Positions 38,911-47,717 of a stretch of DNA of 64,000 nt are shown piece after piece (position 1 is the first letter of the stretch; each line of letters begins with the position of its first letter). The stretch covers positions 640,001-704,000 of the forward strand of contig OZ219815.1 in NCBI GenBank assembly GCA_964291235.2, in the 5' to 3' direction. The position numbers and the translations under genes are program-made. Source of the DNA: Vicinamibacteria bacterium (lineage in GTDB: Bacteria; Acidobacteriota; Vicinamibacteria; Marinacidobacterales; Marinacidobacteraceae). The notes under the pieces were generated by a model. The model saw only the letters and a program-made list of their open reading frames with translations. It searched no databases and had not been told where the DNA came from.

Positions 38911-40230
38911 TTAGCGGATCAAGAGGATCCGGTCATTGGCGGGATAGAACCACTCCACGCCCCGCTCGGTGACGATGGCGTCGTCCTCGAGCGGGATGCG
39001 GACCTTGGCTCCGCCGAACTCGTCGGCCTTCGTATAGGCGAAGAGTTCGATGGAAAACATGTTCGAAGGCACGATCTCGTATTCGAGCCGGGTCGGATTG
39101 AACCAGGCGATCGACGGGCCGATGCCGTGGCCGAGGTTCCCGACCGAGTGGCAGCCGATTACGATGTCGGTGGTGTCCTGATCGGTCGGCTGGTTGAACT
39201 CGATCATCTGGAAACCGGCCTCGGTCAGTTCGGCGCCGAGCCGTTCCAGCATGGCCCCGGCGGTGGGGCCCGGCTTGATGGTGCGCCGGATCACGTCTCT
39301 GGCGGCCCGTCCCCGATCGAAGGCGTTCTGGATTCCGGGCGGCGCCGCGACTTCCCCCTCCTTCAGCACGTAGGCGATCCGCTTCATGTCGGTGTAGAAG
39401 TTCAGGTAACCCACCCCCCAGTCGATCATCAGCAGGTCACCCCGCTGGATGATCCGTTCGTTCGAGGTCGCCTCGATCCCCTCGGGGCCGGTGATGTAAA
39501 TGGAGGGCATCCCGAACGAGGTGTCGAGACCGTTCTCGAGCAACTGCTGCTCGATCCACCACGCCACGTCCTCGAGCGCGGTGATTCCCGGCGTGATCAC
39601 CTCGTTGGAGAAAGCGCGCTCCGCGATCCTCCGGGACCACTCGCCAGCCTCGCCAAAGGCGACGATCTCGCTCGCCACTCGCCGGGAACGGAAGTCCGAG
39701 ATCAGCTTCTCCGCCGAGACCATCCGATCCGCGTACGGCTCGCCGAGCGTTTCCCTGAGGTGAAGCCAGCTCGTGTGCGAGAGCCCGTCCGCCGCTCCGA
39801 TGCTCCGGGACATGTTCACCCCGATGCGCTGCGGATCCCGCTCCTTCACGAACTCCGCAAGATCGGCACTCCCGACCACCTGGTCGTAAACGCCGCAGCG
39901 CTCGATCTTGTAGCCCGTGACTCCGATGGCGACCCGCTCGATGCGGTCGTCTCCCCGGTCGCTGAAGACGATGTAGCCGGTACTGCCGACGTAGCCGCGC
40001 CCGAGGTCCTCCCACAGGGGATCGCGGAGTCCCTCCTTCATCACGGTGATCCACATGTCGATTCCGTTGCCGCGCATGGCCTCGGGCAGCACGAGATCGA
40101 ATTTGTCCGCCCGGATCTGGCACATCCGCTCCCAACGGATACGGGCCTCGGTCTTCGCTCCGGCTGCCGCCGGGATGAGCGTGAACGCGACAACTGCCGC
40201 GGCAATCCCTCGAAGAAAAGCAGTACTCAT
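38911..40230 (-). CDS. M24-family metallopeptidase (Xaa-Pro aminopeptidase-like)
   Basis: IDWG...TDMKR, CHSVG...GHG, SIE, LEDD metal ligands; signal peptide. Confidence 0.88.
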   Translation of the reverse strand: MSTAFLRGIAAAVVAFTLIPAAAGAKTEARIRWERMCQIRADKFDLVLPEAMRGNGIDMWITVMKEGLRDPLWEDLGRGYVGSTGYIVFSDRGDDRIERVAIGVTGYKIERCGVYDQVVGSADLAEFVKERDPQRIGVNMSRSIGAADGLSHTSWLHLRETLGEPYADRMVSAEKLISDFRSRRVASEIVAFGEAGEWSRRIAERAFSNEVITPGITALEDVAWWIEQQLLENGLDTSFGMPSIYITGPEGIEATSNERIIQRGDLLMIDWGVGYLNFYTDMKRIAYVLKEGEVAAPPGIQNAFDRGRAARDVIRRTIKPGPTAGAMLERLGAELTEAGFQMIEFNQPTDQDTTDIVIGCHSVGNLGHGIGPSIAWFNPTRLEYEIVPSNMFSIELFAYTKADEFGGAKVRIPLEDDAIVTERGVEWFYPANDRILLIR

Positions 40231-40306
40231 GTGACGCCTCCGCCACAAAGAGTACGCGAGAAGGACGCTGCCTTCCGGGATCGGCCCGTCGGGGCCGGCG
40301 CGGGGA

Positions 40307-40702
40307 CTACTCCGCGGTCGCGTCGGTCCCGTCTGGCTCCGCGGTGGCGGCCTCTGCAGGCGCGGCATCCGCTTCCGGCTCCGGCTCGCCGGACTCCTCG
40401 GGCGCGGCTTCGATATCTGCAACCCCAGCAGCCTCCGCGAACATCTGCTCGAAGCTGGCGCGTGCCGCCTCGGCGGCAGCCCGCTCTTCGTCGGTGAGAT
40501 CCTCGCTGTCTTCCGCCAACAGCTCGGCCGCCTCTCTCGGGTCATAGACCTCGAGCTTTCCGGCCTTCAACTCCGCGAGGGCGATTGCGGTCGGCCGCCG
40601 CGAAGTCGTCTTCACTTTGGGCGCCGAACCCAGGATCAGTTGCCGTACTCGCTGCGCTACGGCGTTCGCCTGCAGGAATTGGCTCGATTCTTCAATCTTC
40701 AA
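40307..40702 (-). CDS. rpoZ: RNA polymerase omega subunit with acidic tail
   Basis: SQF...AQRVRQL..G...PTAIALAELKAGKL. Confidence 0.75.
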   Translation of the reverse strand: MKIEESSQFLQANAVAQRVRQLILGSAPKVKTTSRRPTAIALAELKAGKLEVYDPREAAELLAEDSEDLTDEERAAAEAARASFEQMFAEAAGVADIEAAPEESGEPEPEADAAPAEAATAEPDGTDATAE

Positions 40703-40785
40703 GTGGATGGCCTCCCCAAACAGACACCGGCGTCCCCCCCGGTCGAGCCGCGGAGTCTAGCGCGGATTTCTCACACTTCCGCCGT

Positions 40786-41310
40786 TTATTCCAGAAGATC
40801 GCGGAAGATCTCCACCGATCCCGGCGCCGCCCAGTCGCGGGCTCCGATGATGTGGGAGGCCAGTGTTCCGTCACGGCGAATGATCCAGGTCTCGGGGAAT
40901 TGAAACACCTCGTAGCGGCGGGAAACCCGCTTTCCCAGATCGTGCAGGATCAAGAAACGCAGCCCGTGATCGGCGACAAACGACGGGATGTCGGTGTACC
41001 GTTCGTCCACCGACACCGCGACGACCTTGAGCCCGTCGTCACCGAGCAAATCCTGAAGCCGCTGGAGCGAAGGCATTTCCTCCACGCACGGCGGACACCA
41101 GGTCGCCCAGAAGTTCAGGACCACCACCTGACCCGCGAAGTCGGCGAGACGGTGGGGGCGCTGGTCGAGGTCGAGCAGTTCAAAGGCCGGCGCCGCCATC
41201 CCGGGGGTGGGGGGATCCGGCTTTTCTGCGCACGCCGACAGGCACACGAGAGCGGTAAGGAGCGAAAACGTCGTGGCGCGGCAGCGCTGCCGCGTTCCGC
41301 CGGCAAACAT
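40786..41310 (-). CDS. TlpA/ResA-like thiol:disulfide oxidoreductase lipoprotein
   Basis: LSAC lipobox, LNFWATWCPPCVEEMP, FPET. Confidence 0.92.
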   Translation of the reverse strand: MFAGGTRQRCRATTFSLLTALVCLSACAEKPDPPTPGMAAPAFELLDLDQRPHRLADFAGQVVVLNFWATWCPPCVEEMPSLQRLQDLLGDDGLKVVAVSVDERYTDIPSFVADHGLRFLILHDLGKRVSRRYEVFQFPETWIIRRDGTLASHIIGARDWAAPGSVEIFRDLLE

Positions 41311-41319
41311 CAGGGGGGC

Positions 41320-41889
41320 CTACGCCTCGCGGTCCCGGCAGAAGAAGAGCCCCAATCCAGCGAACGTCTTCGCATCTTCGAACCCCCCGGCCGCGAGCGT
41401 ACGCCGCGCCTCCTTGACCGGAAGCTCGACGACGTCAATTTCCTCCCCGAAGTCCGTGTCCTGCTCGCCCGGGAGCAGACCTTGCGCCTCGAACAGGTGA
41501 ATCACCTCGTCGCAAAAGCCGGGGGCGCTGAAGAACGATCCGAGCGACCGCAGGTTTTTTGCGGTGTACCCGGTTTCTTCCCGAAGCTCCCGGCGGGCGG
41601 TCTCTTCAGGCGCCTCGCCGGGTTCGAGCGTTCCGGCGGGGATTTCCAGCAAGAACCTGCCGGCCGCATAGCGGTACTGCCGTACCAGGACGAGCCTCTC
41701 CTCCGGGGTCACGGCCACGATCGCTACCGCTCCGGGATGCCGGACCACCTCCCGGCGGACCACCGGGCCGTAGCCGCTTGATCCCACGGGCTCTTGTGCC
41801 CGATCGAGTTCCAGGCGCAGCAGGCGTCCGGAGAAGGCAACCCTGCGGTCGATCAGTCGGGCGGAAACAGCGGTGGCTTCATCGGGCAT
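41320..41889 (-). CDS. NUDIX hydrolase (ADP-ribose pyrophosphatase-like)
   Basis: HPGAV, EIPAG, Nudix box ARRELREETG, SAPGF. Confidence 0.92.
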   Translation of the reverse strand: MPDEATAVSARLIDRRVAFSGRLLRLELDRAQEPVGSSGYGPVVRREVVRHPGAVAIVAVTPEERLVLVRQYRYAAGRFLLEIPAGTLEPGEAPEETARRELREETGYTAKNLRSLGSFFSAPGFCDEVIHLFEAQGLLPGEQDTDFGEEIDVVELPVKEARRTLAAGGFEDAKTFAGLGLFFCRDREA

Positions 41890-41954
41890 GAAGGCATGCA
41901 GTGTAAGGGGCCCCGCGTGCGAAAATGACCGGCGCAATGGAGTCTTCGCAAACC

Positions 41955-43205
41955 ATGACCACCCGGCTCACATTCCTGGCCGCGCTCATTGCCCTCTTGC
42001 CCGGATTGGTGCACGGACAACCGGAAGCGGTCGGGAACGAAGCCCTGCCTCTCGAGACAGAGGGGTATGACCTCATCTACGACTACGACTTCGAGGAAGC
42101 CGATGCGTTGTTCCAACGCCTCGTAGATCGGTTTCCCGACTTCGCCGCCGGGCCGTACGGCCGCGCCAGCACGGTGTACATGCGGATTGCCCAGCAAACC
42201 GGAGCCATGCGCGGATCGTCACACCGGGGCGACCGGTTCTGGGACCAGAGCAGCAAGCCCGAGGTCAGTCCCGAGGATCAGGCGGCCTTCGACGAGGGTT
42301 ACGCCGAAGCGGTGGCGCGCAGCGAACGTGTCCTGGCGCGCGATCCCGACAACGTGCTCGCCTTGTACTTCCTGGGGGTCACCGAATCGCTCAGGGCTGC
42401 CTGGGAAATGACGATCATGCGCTCGTATTTCGGCGGAAGTCGAGCTATGCGCGGTGCGGTCAAGAACCACCGCAGAGTGCGTGAAATCGATCCTGAGTAC
42501 GACGATGCCTATCAGGTCCTGGGCATCTATGACTATGGGATGGCGACGCTTCCCCGGGCACTCCGCTTTCTGGCGAGGCTGTTCGGCATGCGGGGTGAAA
42601 AGGAGCGGGGTATCGAATGGCTCGCCCGGACCGCCCACGACGGGAACCGGTCGCGCTGGGGTGCGCTCTGGTCGTACCAGCTCTTCATGCAGCGCGAGGA
42701 TCGGTTGGACGAGGCCCTCGACGCCGTCAGACAGCTCCGCGAGAAGTTCCCGAAGAACCCGGACTTCGCCCTCGAAGAGGCGGGCATCCACCTGCATCAC
42801 GGCGAAACCGCCGAGGCGCGCGAGGAGTTGCTTGCCTTCCTCGAGCGACAGGATGCCGGCTTCGGCAACTTCCATCTGGCCCCGGGCGGCCTCCCCGAAC
42901 TCAGGCTGGGCGAAACCTGGCTGTACGAAGAGAACTGGGAAGAGGCGGAGGCCGTTTTCTCAAAGGGTCTCCAGTCCTCCCCGCCTCCGGATGTCCGGGT
43001 GATGCTGCACTTCCGGCGCGGCAACGCCCGCGACGGCCTCGGTCAGCGCCAGCAGGCGCTCTTCGACTACAAACGCGTCCGGCAGCTTGGTGGCGACAAG
43101 GTGGCCGAGAAGTGGGCGAAGGCCCTACGCAAGACGCCCTGGCCCGCAGGTGCTCCGGAGGGTTCCCGGCCGCACCCGGAGGGCGAGGAATCCCACCCCC
43201 ACTGA
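41955..43205 (+). CDS. Secreted tetratricopeptide-repeat protein
   Basis: Signal peptide; helical repeats (DPDNVLALYFLG, DPEYDDAY, FPKNPDF). Confidence 0.75.
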   Translation: MTTRLTFLAALIALLPGLVHGQPEAVGNEALPLETEGYDLIYDYDFEEADALFQRLVDRFPDFAAGPYGRASTVYMRIAQQTGAMRGSSHRGDRFWDQSSKPEVSPEDQAAFDEGYAEAVARSERVLARDPDNVLALYFLGVTESLRAAWEMTIMRSYFGGSRAMRGAVKNHRRVREIDPEYDDAYQVLGIYDYGMATLPRALRFLARLFGMRGEKERGIEWLARTAHDGNRSRWGALWSYQLFMQREDRLDEALDAVRQLREKFPKNPDFALEEAGIHLHHGETAEAREELLAFLERQDAGFGNFHLAPGGLPELRLGETWLYEENWEEAEAVFSKGLQSSPPPDVRVMLHFRRGNARDGLGQRQQALFDYKRVRQLGGDKVAEKWAKALRKTPWPAGAPEGSRPHPEGEESHPH

Positions 43206-43420
43206 CGTCGAGCGGTCCGGAAACTGGGACACGTCGCCCAAGCGGGCGAGAACACAGCGACGATGACCGTCAAGTCCCCGTCTCCGGACCGCCCGGCGCC
43301 CCCCCACCCGGAGAACTGGTGCGCCGCGAATCGAAACTCCCGCCGCACTCCGCCCACGCGGAACACCACATCAAGAGGTCCCGGTAGCGGCGGCGAGTTC
43401 CGATTCGTCGTTGCCATCTT

Positions 43421-43448
43421 GTGAAGGGGGGGCGGTAGCCCCCTTCAC
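43421..43448. repeat. G/C-rich palindromic repeat (family C)
   Basis: GTGAAGGGGG...CCCCCTTCAC; similar to 53354-53378. Confidence 0.5.
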
Positions 43449-43468
43449 ACCTTCCCCCCGGTCACGCC

Positions 43469-43501
43469 GGCGGCGAACCGCGGGTTCGCCGCCATTGTTT
43501 T
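43469..43501 (+). terminator. Possible intrinsic terminator
   Basis: 11-bp perfect stem GGCGGCGAACC/GGTTCGCCGCC followed by ATTGTTTT, between convergent genes. Confidence 0.45.
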
Positions 43502-43585
43502 CGGCACGTTCCGCGGTACGCGCAAGGGAGTACCGGCGCGAGAACGTGTCACCCAGAGCCCGGCAGGCGGGCGCGAGCGGTGGTT

Positions 43586-44371
43586 CTACTCGTCGGCGCT
43601 GTAGGTGAAGCTGGCGTCCGCGGTGGCCGAATCGCCGACTGTCACCGCCATCTCCATCTCACCGAGCCGCTCGTGCCAGACACCTACCGTGTAGTCGCCC
43701 GGGGGCACGTTCCCGATGTTGAAGGAACCGTCCATGCTGCTGACCGCGAAATAGGGATGGTCCAGAACGCCCGCGTAGCTGTTCATCCACCGGTGCACGT
43801 CGCATTTGAAGGGCACCATGATTTCCACGCTGTCAAAGGTCCGGGTGGTGCTCATGTTCGCCACCGGCTGACCGATGTTGAACTCCTGGTTCACGGTCGG
43901 AGTGGCATGGATGTTGTGGAGCGTCGCATCGCTGTTCAGGATGTTGAGTTCCTGCCCAACCTGGATGCCCAGCACGTGCGGCACGTACACACAGCCTTCC
44001 TGATTCAGGGTGACCGGCTCGGCGGGCGCCGGGAAGCTCATCCCCTCGAGGCCGCCCTTGATGTACACGAAAGCGTTCTGCAGCCCGCCTTCCATGTCGG
44101 TAATCACGAACTCGGTCATCACGGCGCCCTCGTGCATCCGGGCGCAGTTCGGGTCCGCGGCCATCTGGATCGTGTCGGCCGGCGGAGCATCGCCATCGAG
44201 CATGATCTTGCCGCTGATGGCGCCGGCGGTCGCCGGATCCACGGTGGCCATCGGGGCAGCCGGAGCGACCTCCATGGCGGTGTCCGATTCGCCGCCGCCG
44301 CACCCGGCGACGAGGCCGAGGGCGAGGAGAACCAGGAGCAAAACGAGCGTGCGAGGGGCTCTATGAAGCAT
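43586..44371 (-). CDS. Lipoprotein with cupredoxin-like and carboxypeptidase-regulatory-like domains
   Basis: VAGC lipobox; LNQEGCVYVPHV, HNIH, KCDVHRWM, HPYFAV, VPPGDYTV. Confidence 0.8.
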   Translation of the reverse strand: MLHRAPRTLVLLLVLLALGLVAGCGGGESDTAMEVAPAAPMATVDPATAGAISGKIMLDGDAPPADTIQMAADPNCARMHEGAVMTEFVITDMEGGLQNAFVYIKGGLEGMSFPAPAEPVTLNQEGCVYVPHVLGIQVGQELNILNSDATLHNIHATPTVNQEFNIGQPVANMSTTRTFDSVEIMVPFKCDVHRWMNSYAGVLDHPYFAVSSMDGSFNIGNVPPGDYTVGVWHERLGEMEMAVTVGDSATADASFTYSADE

Positions 44372-44512
44372 CTTGCGGGGAACCTCCGTTCCGAAAGAAG
44401 TGGGGCGGGACAACGGTCCGGGACCGGTCGGCCTGACAGACTCGGGCCGCACCTGACAGCCGGGAACCCGACTCAGAGGGACACGAAGGCCCCTGAATTG
44501 AGCCGCGAATTC

Positions 44513-44695
44513 TAGCAGCCTGTGGACAAAGTCACGCGGCATTCGAACGGCGATGCATCCCGGCTGAACGGGCCGCTGCGCGACCCTCATCGTTGCGCTT
44601 CGGTCGGAATACACTCGGTATTCCTCCCTCACGCGCCTTGTCAGCCAGGCGCCTCACCGTTCTCGGTGCTCACGTCACTTCATCCACAGGCTGCT
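44513..44695. mobile_element. MITE-like element (family A)
   Basis: TAGCAGCCTGTGG...CCACAGGCTGCT; inverted homologue of 32062-32248. Confidence 0.85.
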
Positions 44696-44814
44696 CGGTC
44701 GGCGGAAGAGTACTGGCAACCTGGGCAACGATTCCGGGGAAGCTCTCCGGTCTCGAGGCATCGGTCTTGCTTGCTTCGCGCCACAATACGCGAATACCGA
44801 CGGAGAGGTTCGCC

Positions 44815-45753
44815 ATGTCCCTGTGGATCCGGACGAGAGTCCCCGCCCCTCTGGCGCTAGCCTTGGCCTCCACCCTGGTCGGGGTGCTGGCGGCTGGCGG
44901 CGCCCAGCGCCAACAGGATCCTTTCCGCATCCAGGTGCAGGTGGAGGCGGTCAGCCTGGGGGTTGCCGTCAGCGACAAACGCGGCCGTTTCGTCTCCGGC
45001 CTGACCGCCGATGACTTCATCGTGCGCGAGGACGGGGTTCCGCAGCAAATCACCTTCTTCGCCGCCGAGGCGGCGCCGCTCACGATCCTGGTACTCCTCG
45101 ACGCTTCGCTGAGCATGCGGGCAAGTCTCGACTACGTGAAGGAGGCGGCCGCCACGTTCGTGGACCGGCTCTGGGAGGGCGACCGCGCCATGATCGGCGA
45201 GTTCAACGACCGGGTCCGCTTCGGAGGTGAGTTCACCGACGACCGTTTCCGGCTCACGGCGAACATCATGGCGCTCGATCCACTGGGCCCCACGGCGCTC
45301 TACGACGCTTCGATCCTGTCACTCGAGCGGCTCTACTTCTCCGATGGGGACCGCAAGGCATTGCTCATCTTCACCGATGGCGATGACTCGCGGAGCATGG
45401 GGTTCGGGAGCGAAGCGAGCGCCGGCGACGCCATCGAAGCCGCCCGGCTCACCGACGCCGTGGTGTACGCCATCGGTTTTGAAGGCAACGGCGCCCGCGT
45501 GAACAAGCGGTTTCTGCGCCGGCTGACCGAGGAAACCGGCGGCCAGGCGCTGTTCCCCGACCGGACGGGGGACCTGATCGGCAGCTTCGAACGTATCGAG
45601 GCCGATCTCCACGCCCAATACCGGCTCGCCTATATCCCCCGCGATGCCGACAAGGACGGGGAATGGCGCGAGATCGAGGTCACGGTCCGCGGACGGCGCG
45701 ACCTGACGACTCGCACCCGGAACGGGTACTACGCGTTTCCGAGCGAGGAGTAG
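44815..45753 (+). CDS. VWA-domain protein (acidobacterial VWFA type)
   Basis: VSGLTADDF..REDGVPQQI, MIDAS DASLS, TALYDA, FTDGDD, ETGG, QYRLAY, TRNGYY. Confidence 0.9.
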   Translation: MSLWIRTRVPAPLALALASTLVGVLAAGGAQRQQDPFRIQVQVEAVSLGVAVSDKRGRFVSGLTADDFIVREDGVPQQITFFAAEAAPLTILVLLDASLSMRASLDYVKEAAATFVDRLWEGDRAMIGEFNDRVRFGGEFTDDRFRLTANIMALDPLGPTALYDASILSLERLYFSDGDRKALLIFTDGDDSRSMGFGSEASAGDAIEAARLTDAVVYAIGFEGNGARVNKRFLRRLTEETGGQALFPDRTGDLIGSFERIEADLHAQYRLAYIPRDADKDGEWREIEVTVRGRRDLTTRTRNGYYAFPSEE

Positions 45754-45785
45754 CTGCCTGCCGCCCCACCTGGGAGGTGGGGCTG

Positions 45786-46109
45786 CTAGGGCCGCAGACC
45801 CTCGAGCGATGGCAGCTTCGGGGGTGTCGCGACCACCTTCCGCGACGATGCCCGCCCGAAGATCGGGACTCCTGCCCGCCGCCGGCGAGAGATGAACACG
45901 TAGCCGGCCAGCGAGGCGAAGACCGAGTAGGGCATCGCCAGCAGGAACAGGATCGCCCGGTTGAAGCCGACCGCGGCTTCCTCGTTCTGCTCGAGCGCGG
46001 TCCGGCACATGGAGCACTGCGCGGACCCTTCCGCGGGCAGGAGAACGAGGCACGCCACCACCGCGACAAGCACCAGCGCGGAAAACCGCGAGTTCAGACC
46101 ACCGGACAT
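45786..46109 (-). CDS. Small membrane protein with CxxC motif, at the end of the oxidase operon
   Basis: Signal-like segment, AQCSMC, GFNRAILFLLAMPY helix. Confidence 0.7.
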   Translation of the reverse strand: MSGGLNSRFSALVLVAVVACLVLLPAEGSAQCSMCRTALEQNEEAAVGFNRAILFLLAMPYSVFASLAGYVFISRRRRAGVPIFGRASSRKVVATPPKLPSLEGLRP

Positions 46110-46113
46110 CAGG

Positions 46114-46434
46114 TCACTGCATGAAGCTCCCGAGTCCCGTCGCGGAATCGAGGATATGGCCGCCGTCGTACGCGGGGAGCACGAACATCAGGATGCTGGT
46201 AACGAAGAGTCCGACCAGCACGGTGAGCATCAGGCTCTTGTGCTCGAACTTCAGGTGCATGTAGTGGAAGATGATGAGCGTCGCCTTGATCGCCGAACCG
46301 AACAACAAGACGATGACGGCCAGGGCTGCTGGCAGATTCGCTCCTTCGACGGCGATCATGAGGAGGGTGACGCTCAACAGGATCACCCAGATGATCCAGT
46401 AGCCCCGGTAGGGGTGGGCCGAGTCAGCGGACAT
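46114..46434 (-). CDS. Cytochrome c oxidase subunit IV
   Basis: Three hydrophobic helices; KATLIIFHYMHLKFE. Confidence 0.85.
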   Translation of the reverse strand: MSADSAHPYRGYWIIWVILLSVTLLMIAVEGANLPAALAVIVLLFGSAIKATLIIFHYMHLKFEHKSLMLTVLVGLFVTSILMFVLPAYDGGHILDSATGLGSFMQ

Positions 46435-46446
46435 CGGGGGCTCCTC

Positions 46447-47052
46447 CTAGACGAGATAGAAGAGGGCGAAGACGAAGACCCAGACCAGGTCGACGAAGTG
46501 CCAGTAGAGACCGGCGTTTTCCACCCCGGCCGCGGAGTACTTCCCGAGCGCCGAACGAATCGCCACGATCAGCAGCACGGTCACACCGGTGAGGACGTGG
46601 AAACCGTGGAAGCCGGTGATGATGAAGAAGAACTGACTGAAGGTCGGCGAGCCCCAGGGGTTGGTGTGGATCCCGCCGCCGTCCTGAATGAAGTGGGTCC
46701 ACTCGTAAGCCTGCATCCCGAGGAAGCCGAACCCGCCGAGGATGGTGAGCCACAGGCAGAGGGTGACCGTCTTGCGCCGCTCGAGTTCGGCAGCGGCCAC
46801 CGCGCATGCCATGGTGGCCGACGAGGTGATCAGGACGAAGGTCATCGCCGCGATGTACGTGAGGCTGAAGACCTCACTCTGCGCCGGCCAGTCCCCGGTG
46901 GCAATTCGCACCACGCCGTAGCTGACCAGCAGGCCGGCGAACAGCAGCGCGTCGGTGACGATGAAGAACCACATCATCATCTTTTGCCAGGTCACACCGA
47001 AGGGGCTCGCACCGCCCCCCCAGTCCGCCCGAGCAATCGCGGTCTGGCTCAT
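46447..47052 (-). CDS. Cytochrome c oxidase subunit III (CoxP-like)
   Basis: DWGGGASPF, KMMMWFF, ITGFHGFHV, GLYWHFVDLVW. Confidence 0.92.
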   Translation of the reverse strand: MSQTAIARADWGGGASPFGVTWQKMMMWFFIVTDALLFAGLLVSYGVVRIATGDWPAQSEVFSLTYIAAMTFVLITSSATMACAVAAAELERRKTVTLCLWLTILGGFGFLGMQAYEWTHFIQDGGGIHTNPWGSPTFSQFFFIITGFHGFHVLTGVTVLLIVAIRSALGKYSAAGVENAGLYWHFVDLVWVFVFALFYLV

Positions 47053-47095
47053 GCGTCCTCCTCTCCCAATCGGCGTTCGGAGCTTTTAGATCTCA

Positions 47096-47701
47096 TCAGC
47101 CGAGAAGAGACAGTACGGCCAGCAGATAGATCCACAGGCCGCCTACGAAATGCCAGTAGATGGCGGTCAGGGTGGGCGCGTCGGAACGCCCGGGTACGAG
47201 TCGGCCGGCAGCCGCCAGCCCGAACAGGACGAGTAGCGCGAGAACGCCGGCCACCAGATGGGCGCCATGCACTCCGGTGAGCACGAAGAAGAACGAACTC
47301 TTCGGATGGCTCTGGAGAAAGATCCCGGCCTCGTTGAGGGAGAGCCAGGCGGCGTACTGGCTTGCCAGGAATCCGGTGCCGAGCGCCGCCGTGGCGGCAC
47401 TCCACGACCGGAAGGACGCCAGGCTCCCGTGCCCAAAGGCCCGGCGGGCCAGCTCGAGAGTCAGCGAGCTGGCCGCAATCAGCGCGGTGCTCAGCCAGAG
47501 CACCGGCGGCAGCTCCAGCGCCGTCCAGTCGCCGCCGCCGCTCCGCACGATGTAGGCGGAGGTGAACGCGGCGAACAGCATCGTAATCCCGCCGAGAGCC
47601 ACCAGCAGGCCGAGGCGGTTGATGTGGCGCCGGTCGGAACTGGACCGCGCCGCGTCCAGGGGCGCCGCCATTCCGCTGGTCACCGAACTCACCTTGCTCA
47701 T
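47096..47701 (-). CDS. Second cytochrome c oxidase subunit III (CoxO-like)
   Basis: MLFAAFTSAY, LTGVHGAHL, IYWHF. Confidence 0.88.
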   Translation of the reverse strand: MSKVSSVTSGMAAPLDAARSSSDRRHINRLGLLVALGGITMLFAAFTSAYIVRSGGGDWTALELPPVLWLSTALIAASSLTLELARRAFGHGSLASFRSWSAATAALGTGFLASQYAAWLSLNEAGIFLQSHPKSSFFFVLTGVHGAHLVAGVLALLVLFGLAAAGRLVPGRSDAPTLTAIYWHFVGGLWIYLLAVLSLLG

Positions 47702-47717
47702 CCCGGAAGGGCCTGGC

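Noticed and set aside
43067-43417. 116-aa minus-strand ORF in the TPR/cupredoxin gap
   Set aside because: Overlaps the TPR gene end, has no motif, and lies in a repeat-rich spacer.
44372-44814. N-terminal extensions of the cupredoxin (to 44632) and VWA (from 44593) ORFs
   Set aside because: They read through the MITE. The signal peptides indicate starts at 44371 and 44815.
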